Notes under the pieces: generated by a model | Database searches by the model: none | What the model saw: the letters and a program-made list of their open reading frames with translations, nothing else | Told to the model about the DNA's origin: nothing | Made by a program: the position numbers and the translations under genes | Origin: Clostridia bacterium | GTDB lineage: Bacteria; Bacillota; Clostridia; TANB77; CAG-508 | Direction of reading: 5' to 3' | NCBI GenBank assembly: GCA_045643205.1 | Contig: JAZUKI010000004.1 | Location: forward strand, 8,331 to 72,330 | Length of the DNA stretch: 64,000 bases | In this document: piece by piece, positions 1 to 9,934 of the stretch | Position numbering within the stretch: the stretch's first letter is position 1 | Layout of the letters: each line of letters begins with the position of its first letter

Positions 1-339
1 CAAATGTTAGAAGCTGGTGCAAAATTATATGCAGTTAAATACACAGATCCAGGATTACAAGAAACAGCTACAGCTACATATTTACCATCTGGTGCTGTAA
101 TGCAATTAATTAGTACAAATCCTAATATTGTTCAAGATGCTAAAGTTAAGATTTATCAATACTATATCAAGAATGCAGATATGTATAGAAACAATGCTAA
201 CACAGGAATTCAAGCTGGACTAAATATGGTTGAAGCTGATGAAAGAACTGATGGAATCAGTGCAAATACAAGACAAGAAATTACTGCTACAAAAGATAAT
301 AGAGAAGAATATTTAGAGAATTTATCAGATATGGAATAA
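1..339 (+). CDS. Hypothetical protein, 3' end (5' truncated by the window edge); possibly the first gene of the Tad-like operon
   Basis: ORF runs in frame to the window start and ends at TAA 337-339. No motif recognised. Same strand as, and immediately upstream of, the ParA-like/CpaF genes. Confidence 0.35.
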   Translation, partial: QMLEAGAKLYAVKYTDPGLQETATATYLPSGAVMQLISTNPNIVQDAKVKIYQYYIKNADMYRNNANTGIQAGLNMVEADERTDGISANTRQEITATKDNREEYLENLSDME

Positions 340-415
340 TTAAAATTTATTTTAAACAAAACAATTAATTTATTACATAGTAAATTTTAATTAATAGAAC
401 GTACAAAAGAAAGGA

Positions 416-1114
416 ATGAGGATTTTGGAACAAGTAGGTTTTTTCGGACCAATAGATAAAAAAGATTTAATGCTTAATATAGGTAGGATACTAACTGAAT
501 TTGGAAAGAAAGTTCTAATAGTTGATGGAACATATTTACAGAGACTAAGATATGTTGTTCCAAAAATCGGCGGAGGACAATCTGCTACTTATATTAGTGA
601 ATATTGCGGAATAGATGTTGCAGTTGGTTTTATGAATGCTCGTGGAATCATGCAATATCTAGGTAGCAATGATTTACCATATGATTATATATTTGTAGAT
701 ACAGATAATATTCAAACCTTTAATTCATATGGTTTGGCGTTTATGAAAAAATTGTTTTTTGTAACGTCATACGATAGATATGAAGTTGGTAAAGCGAAGG
801 AAGTATTTAGTTTCTTTCAACAACCAATAACAATGAAAAGAATCATTATTTCTTCAGATACATCTAAAGAACAACAAGAAGCATTAAATAGAGAATATGA
901 TGAAATTCCAAATATAAAATTTGAAAATCAAGATATTGTTTTTGCAGATACTAACCAAGATAGAGAATTTACATTAGAAAATCAATTAACAAAATCAATA
1001 TCATATAAACATTATACAACTGGTTATAAAGATGATTTAGAATACTTAACTGCTACTATTGCAGAAGGTAATGTAGATCAAACTTTTATAAAAAGAATAA
1101 TAAGACAATCATAA
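416..1114 (+). CDS. ParA/MinD-fold protein with degenerate Walker A (TadZ/CpaE-like pilus assembly protein, paralogue 1)
   Basis: 232 aa. N-terminus FFGPIDKKDLMLNIGRILTEFGKKVLIVDGT has MinD-like topology (P-loop position followed by a VLIVD strand) but no GKT/S. The AAAGGA ribosome-binding site is very close to the ATG, so the exact start is uncertain. Confidence 0.4.
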   Translation: MRILEQVGFFGPIDKKDLMLNIGRILTEFGKKVLIVDGTYLQRLRYVVPKIGGGQSATYISEYCGIDVAVGFMNARGIMQYLGSNDLPYDYIFVDTDNIQTFNSYGLAFMKKLFFVTSYDRYEVGKAKEVFSFFQQPITMKRIIISSDTSKEQQEALNREYDEIPNIKFENQDIVFADTNQDREFTLENQLTKSISYKHYTTGYKDDLEYLTATIAEGNVDQTFIKRIIRQS

Positions 1115-1180
1115 AGCTAAAGAAAATAGCATAAAAAACAGAGGAAGATAATATAGAAAACAAAAGAGAAAGGAAAGAGT

Positions 1181-2032
1181 ATGTCAGTAATCACATTTTA
1201 CAATGAAGACAAAAACGAAGCTGGACAAACATTGGGTGCTGCCGCAATTGCATCAGTTTTTGGAATTGAACGTAACTATAAAATTTTACTTATATCAGTT
1301 GAACGTGAAGATTATAAAATGGAAGATGCATTTTTTAGACCTTCAAGAATTAACTTAACTAGTTTGTTCATGGGACAAAACACAGCTGCAACAGATGCTA
1401 CAAATGGTATTGAAGGATTAATGAGAATGTTCTCAAGTAATAGAGTTGATGCTGATGCTATCGCAAGTTATGCTCGTCCAGTATTAAAAGATAGACTTGA
1501 TGTATTACTACCATTAAAATCAAGAAGTATTGAAGAATTTCAAAATTCATCTAAGTTTTATTCACCAATAATTGATGCAGCAAATAAGTATTATGATTTA
1601 GTTTTAGTTGATATGTGTAAAGATGTATTACCAGAAACTAGAGAGACAATAATGAATTTATCAAGTTTAGTAGTTGTTGGATTAAATCAAAATTCTAATT
1701 CAATAAAAGAGTATATTAAACTTAAAGAAAAAGATGAAAAATATAGAAAAAACAATGTTATTACAGCATTGATGAAATACGATGATGCTTCAATGTTTAA
1801 TGCTAAGAACATGGCAAGAGAATTAAAAGAAAAAGACATACCATTATTAGTTCCTTATAATATTCATTTTACAGATGAATGTAGTGGAGGAAGAATATTA
1901 GATTATTTATTGAAGGCACACAGTTTACACTTTACAGATAGACCAGATGGATATTTCTATAGTACTGTTAAAGAGACAGTTGATAGAATTGATTACTTAA
2001 GAAAACAAGTTGATTATGGATTACGTACATAA
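1181..2032 (+). CDS. TadZ/CpaE-like ParA/MinD-family protein with degenerate Walker A (paralogue 2)
   Basis: 283 aa. ITFYNEDKNEAGQTLGAAAIASVFG...ILLISVE resembles the MinD deviant Walker A region with the Lys/Thr lost. RBS AAGGAAAGAG precedes the ATG. Sits directly upstream of the CpaF-like ATPase, as tadZ does in Tad loci. Confidence 0.45.
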   Translation: MSVITFYNEDKNEAGQTLGAAAIASVFGIERNYKILLISVEREDYKMEDAFFRPSRINLTSLFMGQNTAATDATNGIEGLMRMFSSNRVDADAIASYARPVLKDRLDVLLPLKSRSIEEFQNSSKFYSPIIDAANKYYDLVLVDMCKDVLPETRETIMNLSSLVVVGLNQNSNSIKEYIKLKEKDEKYRKNNVITALMKYDDASMFNAKNMARELKEKDIPLLVPYNIHFTDECSGGRILDYLLKAHSLHFTDRPDGYFYSTVKETVDRIDYLRKQVDYGLRT

Positions 2033-2199
2033 TTATATGGAACTGAATATTCATATTTATATAAAATAGAATTATATAAATATAGAAAGAATTATATATA
2101 TAATAGAAAGACTTTAATATTTATAAAAGAAAAAATTAAAATAGGCAAAGATAAAAAAGATAGTAGCTTAATTACAAAAGCGAAAGGAGCAATCGACAT

Positions 2200-4119
2200 A
2201 TGTTAATTAATGCAATACTTATAATTGCTATAGTTGGTGTAGCTTTTTATCTTATACAAAGAAAGATAAAATCGAATCAATTAAAAGCAGAAAACGAAGG
2301 TAAAATTAACGACGTTCAAGTTGATGATAAAACATATACTTTAGATATGATGATTAAATTCGTTAAGAAAAGAATTGACGAAATAACAAAGGTTAACTTA
2401 TATGACCTTGGTTTATCTGAAGAAGAACTTAAGAGAAGAAAAGATAAAAAGTATGAATTAAAGAAAGCTTTAAAAGGCTGTACATATGGCGATGTTAATG
2501 ACAAGAAATATGTAAAGGAATTAATTTTTGATATTTTATCTAAAGAGTATGGAGTTGATGAAACTAATGTATCAAAGGCAATACCATTTGATATTCCTTC
2601 ATTATTAACACCACAAGATAAATATGACATCATTATTTATATGTATCAAAAAGAATTTGGCTATGAAGCATGGAATACTATAATGAAGAAATACAACTTA
2701 GCCACTTTAAAATTCGTAGATGGTGATACAAAACCTTGTTATGTTGTTACTCCAGAAGAAATTAGTGATATTTATATAAAAGAAAACTACACGTTATCAT
2801 TCCAAGATAAATTAATGGTTGTAGTTCAAAGAATATATCAATTATATAAAGGATATAGTTCAATCGACGAACTAAGAGATCAAAATATTGATGGTATTTC
2901 AGGTGGTGTATCTGGTTTACCAGAATCATTCTTAAGTCAGGTTGCTCAAACTGACGCAAACTATTTAACAAAAGTTATGGATCATAAAGTACCACGTTCT
3001 TGTGATTCTATTTGGATCATGTATCATGGTATTTCAATCCGTATGGCATTCTTATCATTTGGAAATGAATCAGAATTAAAGAGAGTTTGCCAAAATATTT
3101 ATAAATATAATAACCCAGGCCAGTTATCTGATGCCAATGGTTATAAGATTAATGAAATGAAAGATGGTTCCCGTGTCGTTGTTGTAAGACCAAGTTTCTC
3201 AGAATCATGGGGATTCTTCGTAAGAAAATTCGATGTTAAGAGAGCTACTCTTGATCAATTAATCAAATGTGATGGAAAAGATGAAGCTATTGCTTTATTA
3301 ACATACTTAGTAAAAGGTGCCAGAATTATATCACTTACTGGTGAGCAGGGTTGTGGTAAAACAACTATGTTAATGGCAATGATTGAAAATATTTATGAAA
3401 CAATGAACATTCGTGTTCAGGAAGTTGCATTCGAGTTACACTTAAGAAAAATTTACCCAACACGTAACATTTTATCTTTCCGTGAAACAGAAACAATTTC
3501 TGGACAAGAAGGTTTGGACGTTCAAAAGAAGACTGACGGTTCTGTTAATATTATCGGTGAGGTTGCAACTGACGAGGTTGCTTCTTGGATGATTCAAGCT
3601 GCACAAGTTGCATCTAAATTTACATTATTTACTCACCATGCTAAAACATTCCCAGACTTAATTACAGCTCTTCGTAACTCAATGTTAAGAACTGGTGTTT
3701 TCAACAACGAATTAGTTGCTGAAAAACAAGTTGTTTCAGTATTAAACTTTGATATTCACTTAGTTAAGGATTTCAGAGGAAATCGTTATATTGAGAGAGT
3801 TACAGAATGTGTACCTGTTGAAGACTTCAACAACTATACATTCGATCAAGATAAAGAAAAAACAATTGAAGGTAAATTTGAAAAATTTGCTGACAATGCT
3901 ACAAGATTCTTTACAAAACAAACAAACAAAGAAATATTTACATATAGAAATATTATGGAATATCAAGATGGAGGATATGTTTTAACTAATAGAATTACAG
4001 ATGCAAACTTACGTGGAATGGTTACAAACATGGACGACAATGACTCTGAAGGATTTAGAGAATTTGCATATAAATATTGGGGCATTAAACTAAATGATAG
4101 AGGAGAAATTATAAAATAA
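2200..4119 (+). CDS. CpaF/TadA-family (PulE/VirB11 superfamily) secretion ATPase with an N-terminal transmembrane anchor and about a 200-aa N-terminal extension
   Basis: 639 aa. Walker A LTGEQGCGKTTMLMAM, an Asp box, Walker B and His box LFTHHAKTFPD are typical of type II/IV secretion NTPases. Residues about 1-20 (LINAILIIAIVGVAFYLI) are hydrophobic. Confidence 0.75.
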   Translation: MLINAILIIAIVGVAFYLIQRKIKSNQLKAENEGKINDVQVDDKTYTLDMMIKFVKKRIDEITKVNLYDLGLSEEELKRRKDKKYELKKALKGCTYGDVNDKKYVKELIFDILSKEYGVDETNVSKAIPFDIPSLLTPQDKYDIIIYMYQKEFGYEAWNTIMKKYNLATLKFVDGDTKPCYVVTPEEISDIYIKENYTLSFQDKLMVVVQRIYQLYKGYSSIDELRDQNIDGISGGVSGLPESFLSQVAQTDANYLTKVMDHKVPRSCDSIWIMYHGISIRMAFLSFGNESELKRVCQNIYKYNNPGQLSDANGYKINEMKDGSRVVVVRPSFSESWGFFVRKFDVKRATLDQLIKCDGKDEAIALLTYLVKGARIISLTGEQGCGKTTMLMAMIENIYETMNIRVQEVAFELHLRKIYPTRNILSFRETETISGQEGLDVQKKTDGSVNIIGEVATDEVASWMIQAAQVASKFTLFTHHAKTFPDLITALRNSMLRTGVFNNELVAEKQVVSVLNFDIHLVKDFRGNRYIERVTECVPVEDFNNYTFDQDKEKTIEGKFEKFADNATRFFTKQTNKEIFTYRNIMEYQDGGYVLTNRITDANLRGMVTNMDDNDSEGFREFAYKYWGIKLNDRGEIIK

Positions 4120-4195
4120 TGTAGCTTTCTAAAATATAATTTAATGAGAGCTATGTATAATAAGTAGACTATAGAAATGGAGGAAGAATTTTCGA

Positions 4196-6271
4196 ATGCC
4201 ATCAGGTTTTATATTTTTTATTGGAATAATGGCTGTTCTTATAATTGGAATAATAGTGCTTTTCATTTATCTACAAAAGAAAAGTAAAAATTCCGATGTT
4301 GCAAGAATACAAAAGTTGAGAAAAGGTACAGATACTAAGAAATTTTCTTCTGAAATTTTGTATCAAAAATTATATGTTTTCTATTTAAGATTTATCTTAA
4401 CAAGATTTTACTTACTAAAAATTCGTAGAAGACTAGAAATTAATAATGCTGATGATGAGTTTTCTGTTAGATTACAAGCAGCAAAAATTATTACTAAAGC
4501 ATTTGCAATTATAATTCCATTAACAATTGTAGTTATTATAATAACACATGAAAATTTCTTGTTAATGGCTATTATATTAATATTTGAATTATTTATAATA
4601 GATGCATTTACTGAAAATGCAGTTACAAAATTAGATAATGAATTACTAACTCAACAAGTTAATTTCTTTGCTGAAATGAGACATTCATATCACCAATGTA
4701 ATATGGTTGGAGAAGCAATATACTTAACAGCACAAGAAACAGATAATGTTGAAGTTGCAAGACAAGCTGAAAAAATATATGAAATTTTAAACTCAGCAGA
4801 TCCAGAAATAGAACTTGAAAAATATTATGATGTTGCACCTAATAACTATTTAAGAGAGTTTGCAGGATTATCATACTTAACCCAAGAATTTGGTGATAGA
4901 AGAATGGATAATAATGCATCATTATATTTAACAAACTTAAATAACATTTCACAAGAAATGCAACTTGAAATTTTAAAGAGAGATAAATTAAATTATGTTT
5001 TTCAATCTTTATCATTTATAGCAATTGCACCAATACTAATGCTTGAACCATTAAAAGCATGGGCAACAAGCAACTTTGGTTTTACTAAACCATTTTATAG
5101 TGGAAGTGGTGGATTGTTAATGCAAATATTAGTTATGATACTAACTTATGTTTGCTATATATTTGTTAGAAAAGTTAGAGATAGCGGTTCTACAAAATTA
5201 GTTCAGAACACACAAAACCCATGGCAAGAAAAATTATATAAATTTCCTATAGTGAAAAAAATTGTTGATTTAGTTATGCCAGCAAGGGGAACAAAAGATT
5301 ATATTAAGCTTGAAAGAAAGATGAAGGATGCTGGTTATAAAATTAAAACCAGATGGTTCTTTGTTAATAAATTAGTAATTTGTTTAGGGGCATTTATTAT
5401 CACATTATTAGTATGCTTTGGTATGCATATCATGCAAACAAATTTTGTTTATACTGATCCTACAGCAGATTACAACTTAATAAGTAACATGAATTCTAGT
5501 CAAGAGAAAAAAGCAATGGCTACTACATTACGCCAAAACAAAATTCTTGATCACTTCAAAGGAAAAGACAAATTAAAAGATACTGAAATATATGACTACA
5601 TGAAAAAACAAGCTGACTATGAAAGTATGCAAGATGATGATATATACAGAGAAATTGCTCAGATTAGAAGTAAATTAACTACATTAAATGGTGAATATTT
5701 AAAAGCTTATGAAGTTTTACTAGCATTTGCAATAGCAGCATTAGGATATGTTTTCCCTAATATTATGCTTAAGTTCCAAACTAAAATGAGACAAATGCAA
5801 ATGGAAGATGAAGTTATGTCATATCAAACAATTATCATGATGTTAATGAGAATTGAGAGAGTTGATGTTGAGATGATTCTTGAATGGCTTGAAAGATATT
5901 CAGATATATTTAAACCACAAATTAGCAAATGTTTGAATAACTATGAATCAGGTGCCTGGGAAGCACTTGATGAAATGAAAGATGAAATTACTTATGAACC
6001 TTTAATAAGAATTGTTGAAAGTTTACAAACAGCAGTTGAACAAGTTCCAATAAAAGAAGCATTTGAAGAACTTGATGCAGACAAAGATTATTATAAGGAT
6101 AAACGTAAAGAAACAAACGAAAGATTAATAGCTAGAAAAGGAAGAATTGGAAAGATTATTGGTTTCGCACCGATGGTTGTTGCATTCGTTGGATACTTAA
6201 TTGTTCCATTAGTATTAATTGGTATGGAATCAATGAACAGTACGTTCGATGAAATGTCATCAATGAACTAA
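4196..6271 (+). CDS. Polytopic inner-membrane protein, probably a fused TadB/TadC-like (T2SS F-family) platform
   Basis: 691 aa with about 7-8 predicted TM helices in two similar blocks separated by cytoplasmic domains. Lies between the secretion ATPase and the pilin-like genes. No sequence signature verified beyond topology. Confidence 0.45.
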   Translation: MPSGFIFFIGIMAVLIIGIIVLFIYLQKKSKNSDVARIQKLRKGTDTKKFSSEILYQKLYVFYLRFILTRFYLLKIRRRLEINNADDEFSVRLQAAKIITKAFAIIIPLTIVVIIITHENFLLMAIILIFELFIIDAFTENAVTKLDNELLTQQVNFFAEMRHSYHQCNMVGEAIYLTAQETDNVEVARQAEKIYEILNSADPEIELEKYYDVAPNNYLREFAGLSYLTQEFGDRRMDNNASLYLTNLNNISQEMQLEILKRDKLNYVFQSLSFIAIAPILMLEPLKAWATSNFGFTKPFYSGSGGLLMQILVMILTYVCYIFVRKVRDSGSTKLVQNTQNPWQEKLYKFPIVKKIVDLVMPARGTKDYIKLERKMKDAGYKIKTRWFFVNKLVICLGAFIITLLVCFGMHIMQTNFVYTDPTADYNLISNMNSSQEKKAMATTLRQNKILDHFKGKDKLKDTEIYDYMKKQADYESMQDDDIYREIAQIRSKLTTLNGEYLKAYEVLLAFAIAALGYVFPNIMLKFQTKMRQMQMEDEVMSYQTIIMMLMRIERVDVEMILEWLERYSDIFKPQISKCLNNYESGAWEALDEMKDEITYEPLIRIVESLQTAVEQVPIKEAFEELDADKDYYKDKRKETNERLIARKGRIGKIIGFAPMVVAFVGYLIVPLVLIGMESMNSTFDEMSSMN

Positions 6272-6309
6272 ATAGCATTGATATAAATTAAGAGGAAAGG
6301 ATTTGTTAA

Positions 6310-6906
6310 ATGGAAAATGCTTCTTTGGCCTTACGTATGGCTGGTGGTGTATTAATTGCATTATTAATAATTGGTGTTTTTGTATCAGTTATGGTAGTTA
6401 TTAATAACAATCAACAAAAGCAACAAGACGAAGAAGATTTGCGACAAGTTGAACAATTTAACGAATCCTATAAATCTTATGAAAATAGAATTGTTACTGG
6501 ATATCAAATGATTTCATTAACTAATAAAGCAATTGATTATAATGAGCGTATGTCAAAAGAATCTAAATATGCAGATTCAGCAACTTACTATACACCAATT
6601 CATATATATGTTATTTTAGAGTCTGAAGCCAATGGTGGAAGTGTAAAGCTTCCTGGTCAAAAGACTAAAAATGATAATAAAAATGCAAACAAAAATAATT
6701 ATATAGATTTAAATGATTATTATAAAAAATATTATTCTTCAGCATCTACAGAAACAAAGAATGAATTTAAAAATATGTATTTTAAATGGGAAAAAACAGA
6801 ACATGTTAGTCCAAATGCAAAAGATACAGAAGGAAAAAGTCTTGGTAATGTAGATGGAGTAGGAAGAGTATATGAAATGTATTTCAAAGAATATGTAAAA
6901 GATTAA
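6310..6906 (+). CDS. Pilin-like protein P1 (N-terminal MENAS...GG hydrophobic segment)
   Basis: 198 aa. N-terminus MENASLALRMAGGVLIALLIIGVFVSVMVV is followed by a polar extracellular region. Paralogous to P2, P4 and P5. RBS GAGGAAAGGA. Confidence 0.5.
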   Translation: MENASLALRMAGGVLIALLIIGVFVSVMVVINNNQQKQQDEEDLRQVEQFNESYKSYENRIVTGYQMISLTNKAIDYNERMSKESKYADSATYYTPIHIYVILESEANGGSVKLPGQKTKNDNKNANKNNYIDLNDYYKKYYSSASTETKNEFKNMYFKWEKTEHVSPNAKDTEGKSLGNVDGVGRVYEMYFKEYVKD

Positions 6907-6923
6907 TAAAGGAGAAGTAAAGC

Positions 6924-7676
6924 ATGGATGAAAACGCTTCTCAATCTCTATTAATGGTTGGGGGAATATTATTAGCAATTTCAGTATTAAGTTTCTTCGT
7001 ATATGCAATGGCATCATTCGGTGGATTTGCAAGTAATATGAATGCTCAAATCGGAGAAAGTGAAATACAGAAACATAATCAAAATTTTCAAAAATATGAA
7101 AGCAGATATAACATTACATTTCAAGAAATTGTTTCTACAATAAATTATGCAAAAGATTGGAATGATCAAAATGATTATTCATTTGATCAAGTTACGAATT
7201 CTAACAACGATAAAAAAGGCCAATATGTTGTAAATGTTAACATTATTGATGCTAAAGGCAATGTAATCCAAGTTTTTGGAAAAAATGCTAATAGTTTAAT
7301 TAATGAAGCAAATTATAAAGATAATCAAAAAATAAAAAACATTTTAAACAAAATGCTAAATGATTCAAATTATTCTGATTATTATTATGCTGTAAATGTT
7401 AAGGCAATTGATATTTTAAAAAAGAAAGAAAATAATTATTACGTTTTAAATGGACAATTTGGAGCTAAACATGGAACAATTGCTAAAAAAGATAAAGATA
7501 TAGGCATAAATTCAACAACAGGTTTAGTTGAAGAAATTTATTTTACAGCAGTATCAAAAAGTAATTATTCAAACATTGATCAATTTAAAGTTGTTAACAA
7601 ACAAGGAAAAGATGTAAATGTAGAATACAAAGTTAAGGATAGAGAATATTTTAGAATGGCTGAATTAGAGGGTTGA
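6924..7676 (+). CDS. Pilin-like protein P2 (MDENAS...GG N-terminus)
   Basis: 250 aa. MDENASQSLLMVGGILLAISVLSFFVY. Shares the post-TM motif Q-x-F-x-x-Y-x-x-Y-E-x-R with P1 (QFNESYKSYENR versus QNFQKYESRYN). RBS AAGGAGAAG. Confidence 0.5.
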   Translation: MDENASQSLLMVGGILLAISVLSFFVYAMASFGGFASNMNAQIGESEIQKHNQNFQKYESRYNITFQEIVSTINYAKDWNDQNDYSFDQVTNSNNDKKGQYVVNVNIIDAKGNVIQVFGKNANSLINEANYKDNQKIKNILNKMLNDSNYSDYYYAVNVKAIDILKKKENNYYVLNGQFGAKHGTIAKKDKDIGINSTTGLVEEIYFTAVSKSNYSNIDQFKVVNKQGKDVNVEYKVKDREYFRMAELEG

Positions 7677-7679
7677 TGA

Positions 7680-8114
7680 ATGAAAAAAAGTACACTAACA
7701 GTTATCATATTAATGTTAATAGTATTTGGTTTAGCAGTCTATTTTGCAATTAATTCTAGAATAGGATCAAACATAGCTTCAGAAGAAAATAGATATTATC
7801 AACAATTATTGAATAAAGAAATAACAGGAACAGAATTATCATCTGTTATAAATAAAGTTATAGATACAAATAAGAAAAATGAAATTTCTTTAGATGATAA
7901 AAAGTTATATAAAGAAAATGATAGTAACTCAATTATAATGGAAGTTACATTCAAATATGAAGATGGAACAAAAACACTCAGAGGAGAGAAAATCTACAAT
8001 GGTGAAATTAAAAATTTTATTTCATATTATGGAAATATCAAATTCAAATGTACTAAACTAGAATATCATGATTCAACTAAGAAAGTTAAGAAAATATATG
8101 TAGAAGAAATATAA
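7680..8114 (+). CDS. Small membrane-anchored protein P3 (pilin/pseudopilin-like, different N-terminus)
   Basis: 144 aa. MKKSTLTVIILMLIVFGLAVYFAI is a TM segment followed by a polar domain. Start is 4 nt after the P2 stop, so translational coupling is likely. Confidence 0.4.
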   Translation: MKKSTLTVIILMLIVFGLAVYFAINSRIGSNIASEENRYYQQLLNKEITGTELSSVINKVIDTNKKNEISLDDKKLYKENDSNSIIMEVTFKYEDGTKTLRGEKIYNGEIKNFISYYGNIKFKCTKLEYHDSTKKVKKIYVEEI

Positions 8115-8282
8115 TTCAAAAAGAATATATATGAAATATAATATGATTCAAAAGATAGAAAATATAAAACACAAAAGATTTAGATAAACAAAAGTGCAGA
8201 AAAACATAAATTATATTATATTTATTACTTAGTTTTTAAAATTTTAAACATAAATTAATTTATTTTTTAGGAGGAAAATTTT

Positions 8283-8834
8283 ATGGAAAATGCATCAAAA
8301 GCCCTAATTATAGTAGGTGCCGTACTTATTGCAATTTTATTAATCGGTTTTGGAGTTATGATTTTAAATAACTCAACAAGTCAGGTTAGTCCTGATGCTT
8401 TGAACTCACAAGCAGCTCAAACACACAATGCACAATTTAATAATTACACAGGAAAAACAATTACAGCTCAACAAGTTAAAACATTAATGAATGTTATTAC
8501 AACAAATAATGTAACAGGTAAAACAGCAGACACACCACAAAAAGTATATGTTTACTATACACCAGCATCAGCAACAACATCAACATCAACATCAGATAAA
8601 GAAGCGATTAAAGAAGGATATAATGATCCAGCAAGAATTTCTGCAGCTGTAAGAAATGGTTACACATATACAGTTGAAATTAATAACTCAAATGCAGTTG
8701 ATGTTACAGACAAAGAAGTAACAGATGAAAGCACAGCACCAAGTGATAAAAATGATACATCAGCAGCAAGTTATTATTCAAATGGTTATATAAGAGTTAT
8801 TTGTATTACAGAAAATTCAAGAAGTAGCAAATAA
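8283..8834 (+). CDS. Pilin-like protein P4 (MENAS...VGAVLIA N-terminus)
   Basis: 183 aa. MENASKALIIVGAVLIAILLIGFGVMIL, with a Thr/Ser-rich C-terminal half. RBS AGGAGGAAAA. Confidence 0.5.
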   Translation: MENASKALIIVGAVLIAILLIGFGVMILNNSTSQVSPDALNSQAAQTHNAQFNNYTGKTITAQQVKTLMNVITTNNVTGKTADTPQKVYVYYTPASATTSTSTSDKEAIKEGYNDPARISAAVRNGYTYTVEINNSNAVDVTDKEVTDESTAPSDKNDTSAASYYSNGYIRVICITENSRSSK

Positions 8835-8881
8835 TTAACTAGTATATTGTACTAATATCCATAAAATTAGGAGAAATATAA

Positions 8882-9757
8882 ATGGAGAATGCATCAGAAG
8901 CTTTAAAAATGGCAGGCGCTATGCTAATTTTTGTAGTGGCCTTAACCATCACAATAATTTCATTTACTGCCGCAAGACAAGCTTCTGATAGCATTGTCAG
9001 TACTTATGGCCAGTTAACTACTTTTTATGATTATGAACTATACAAAAATACAGGTTCATATAGAGAAGTAAAATCTGATGAGATAATAGCTAATTTGTAT
9101 TCATATTATCAAACCAACAATACAATTTTGTTTTATTATTTAAAAGATGGAACTTATAATACAAAGAGTAAAACCTTTTCAACAGATGCTGTCATTAATA
9201 AGATGACTTTATATTATACTCCTACATCAGACACGGTAACACAAGCAGATAAAAACCAAGGAAGGCTTTCAAACTTAAGAAAATCATTCTTAAGAAATAC
9301 AACTCTTGGTGATGATGATACACGTGCAATTTATGGATTAGACATTCAAGATGAAACAATAACTAGAAATGAAGCCTGGAAGGGAACAGCAGGAGATGCT
9401 AAAATCTTTATAGATTGTTTAGTTTCAGGAACTACATATGTAAATAACAATGTAAGTAAATCAAATTATAATGATATTAATCGTACATATTATGATAATA
9501 AAGGAACATTAAATATTATATTTCAATATCAAGGAATATTAAAAAAGCCATTGAATCAAGCTAGTGATTGTTTATTCATTGAAAGAGATGGAGAATATAT
9601 TTCTTCAGCGAAAGATGAAGATACAAGAAATGATGAATGGAAAAGAGTTGTCGCAAATTCAACCGAGGAGTTGAATGATGAAGTTTTAGAAAATAATACT
9701 GCTACAACAAAGAAAGTAATACAGTATATTTATATACCAAATGAAAAGTGTATATAA
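8882..9757 (+). CDS. Pilin-like protein P5 (MENAS...AGAMLIF N-terminus)
   Basis: 291 aa. MENASEALKMAGAMLIFVVALTITIISF. RBS AGGAGAAAT. Confidence 0.5.
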   Translation: MENASEALKMAGAMLIFVVALTITIISFTAARQASDSIVSTYGQLTTFYDYELYKNTGSYREVKSDEIIANLYSYYQTNNTILFYYLKDGTYNTKSKTFSTDAVINKMTLYYTPTSDTVTQADKNQGRLSNLRKSFLRNTTLGDDDTRAIYGLDIQDETITRNEAWKGTAGDAKIFIDCLVSGTTYVNNNVSKSNYNDINRTYYDNKGTLNIIFQYQGILKKPLNQASDCLFIERDGEYISSAKDEDTRNDEWKRVVANSTEELNDEVLENNTATTKKVIQYIYIPNEKCI

Positions 9758-9870
9758 GTAAAGAGTATAAAAAACAGACAAAGCATAGATATATAAGGGT
9801 TACATGTCTAATTTCATAGTATATTTTTGGAATAAAATTGTTAAAAATTACCTATATTTGGGTAAAACTA

Positions 9871-9899
9871 TTGGAAAAACGGGAAAATCATGCTATAAT
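9871..9899 (+). promoter_or_regulatory. Putative sigma-A-type promoter for P6 (TTGGAA-17 bp-TGcTATAAT)
   Basis: TTGGAA at 9871-9876, a 17-nt spacer, and TATAAT at 9894-9899 with a TG extended -10. Sits about 35 nt upstream of RBS AGGAGGA and the ATG at 9935. Confidence 0.4.
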
Positions 9900-9934
9900 A
9901 TTAGTATTGATTAAATTTTTAGGAGGATAAGAGA

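Noticed and set aside
2316-2633. Minus-strand ORFs of 60-180 aa nested inside the large plus-strand genes. These are 2316-2633, 2762-2971, 3760-3966, 3963-4202, 6739-7032, 14397-14806, 17267-17677, 18194-18388, 19673-19882, 20592-20795, 25707-26252, 28653-28979, 30143-30370, 31198-31605, 31707-31913, 33129-33356, 33997-34430, 35238-35471, 35874-36200, 37293-37511, 38687-38887, 39812-40045, 41333-41593, 43540-43737, 47124-47384, 51119-51556, 52943-53155, 54413-54640, 55275-55925, 59041-59355 and 63323-63544.
   Set aside because: Each lies antisense to, and wholly inside, a gene with clear homology or good RBS and operon context. Their translations are low-complexity Ser/Leu/Phe/Ile-rich, as expected from the reverse complement of an AT-rich coding strand. 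They have no RBS.
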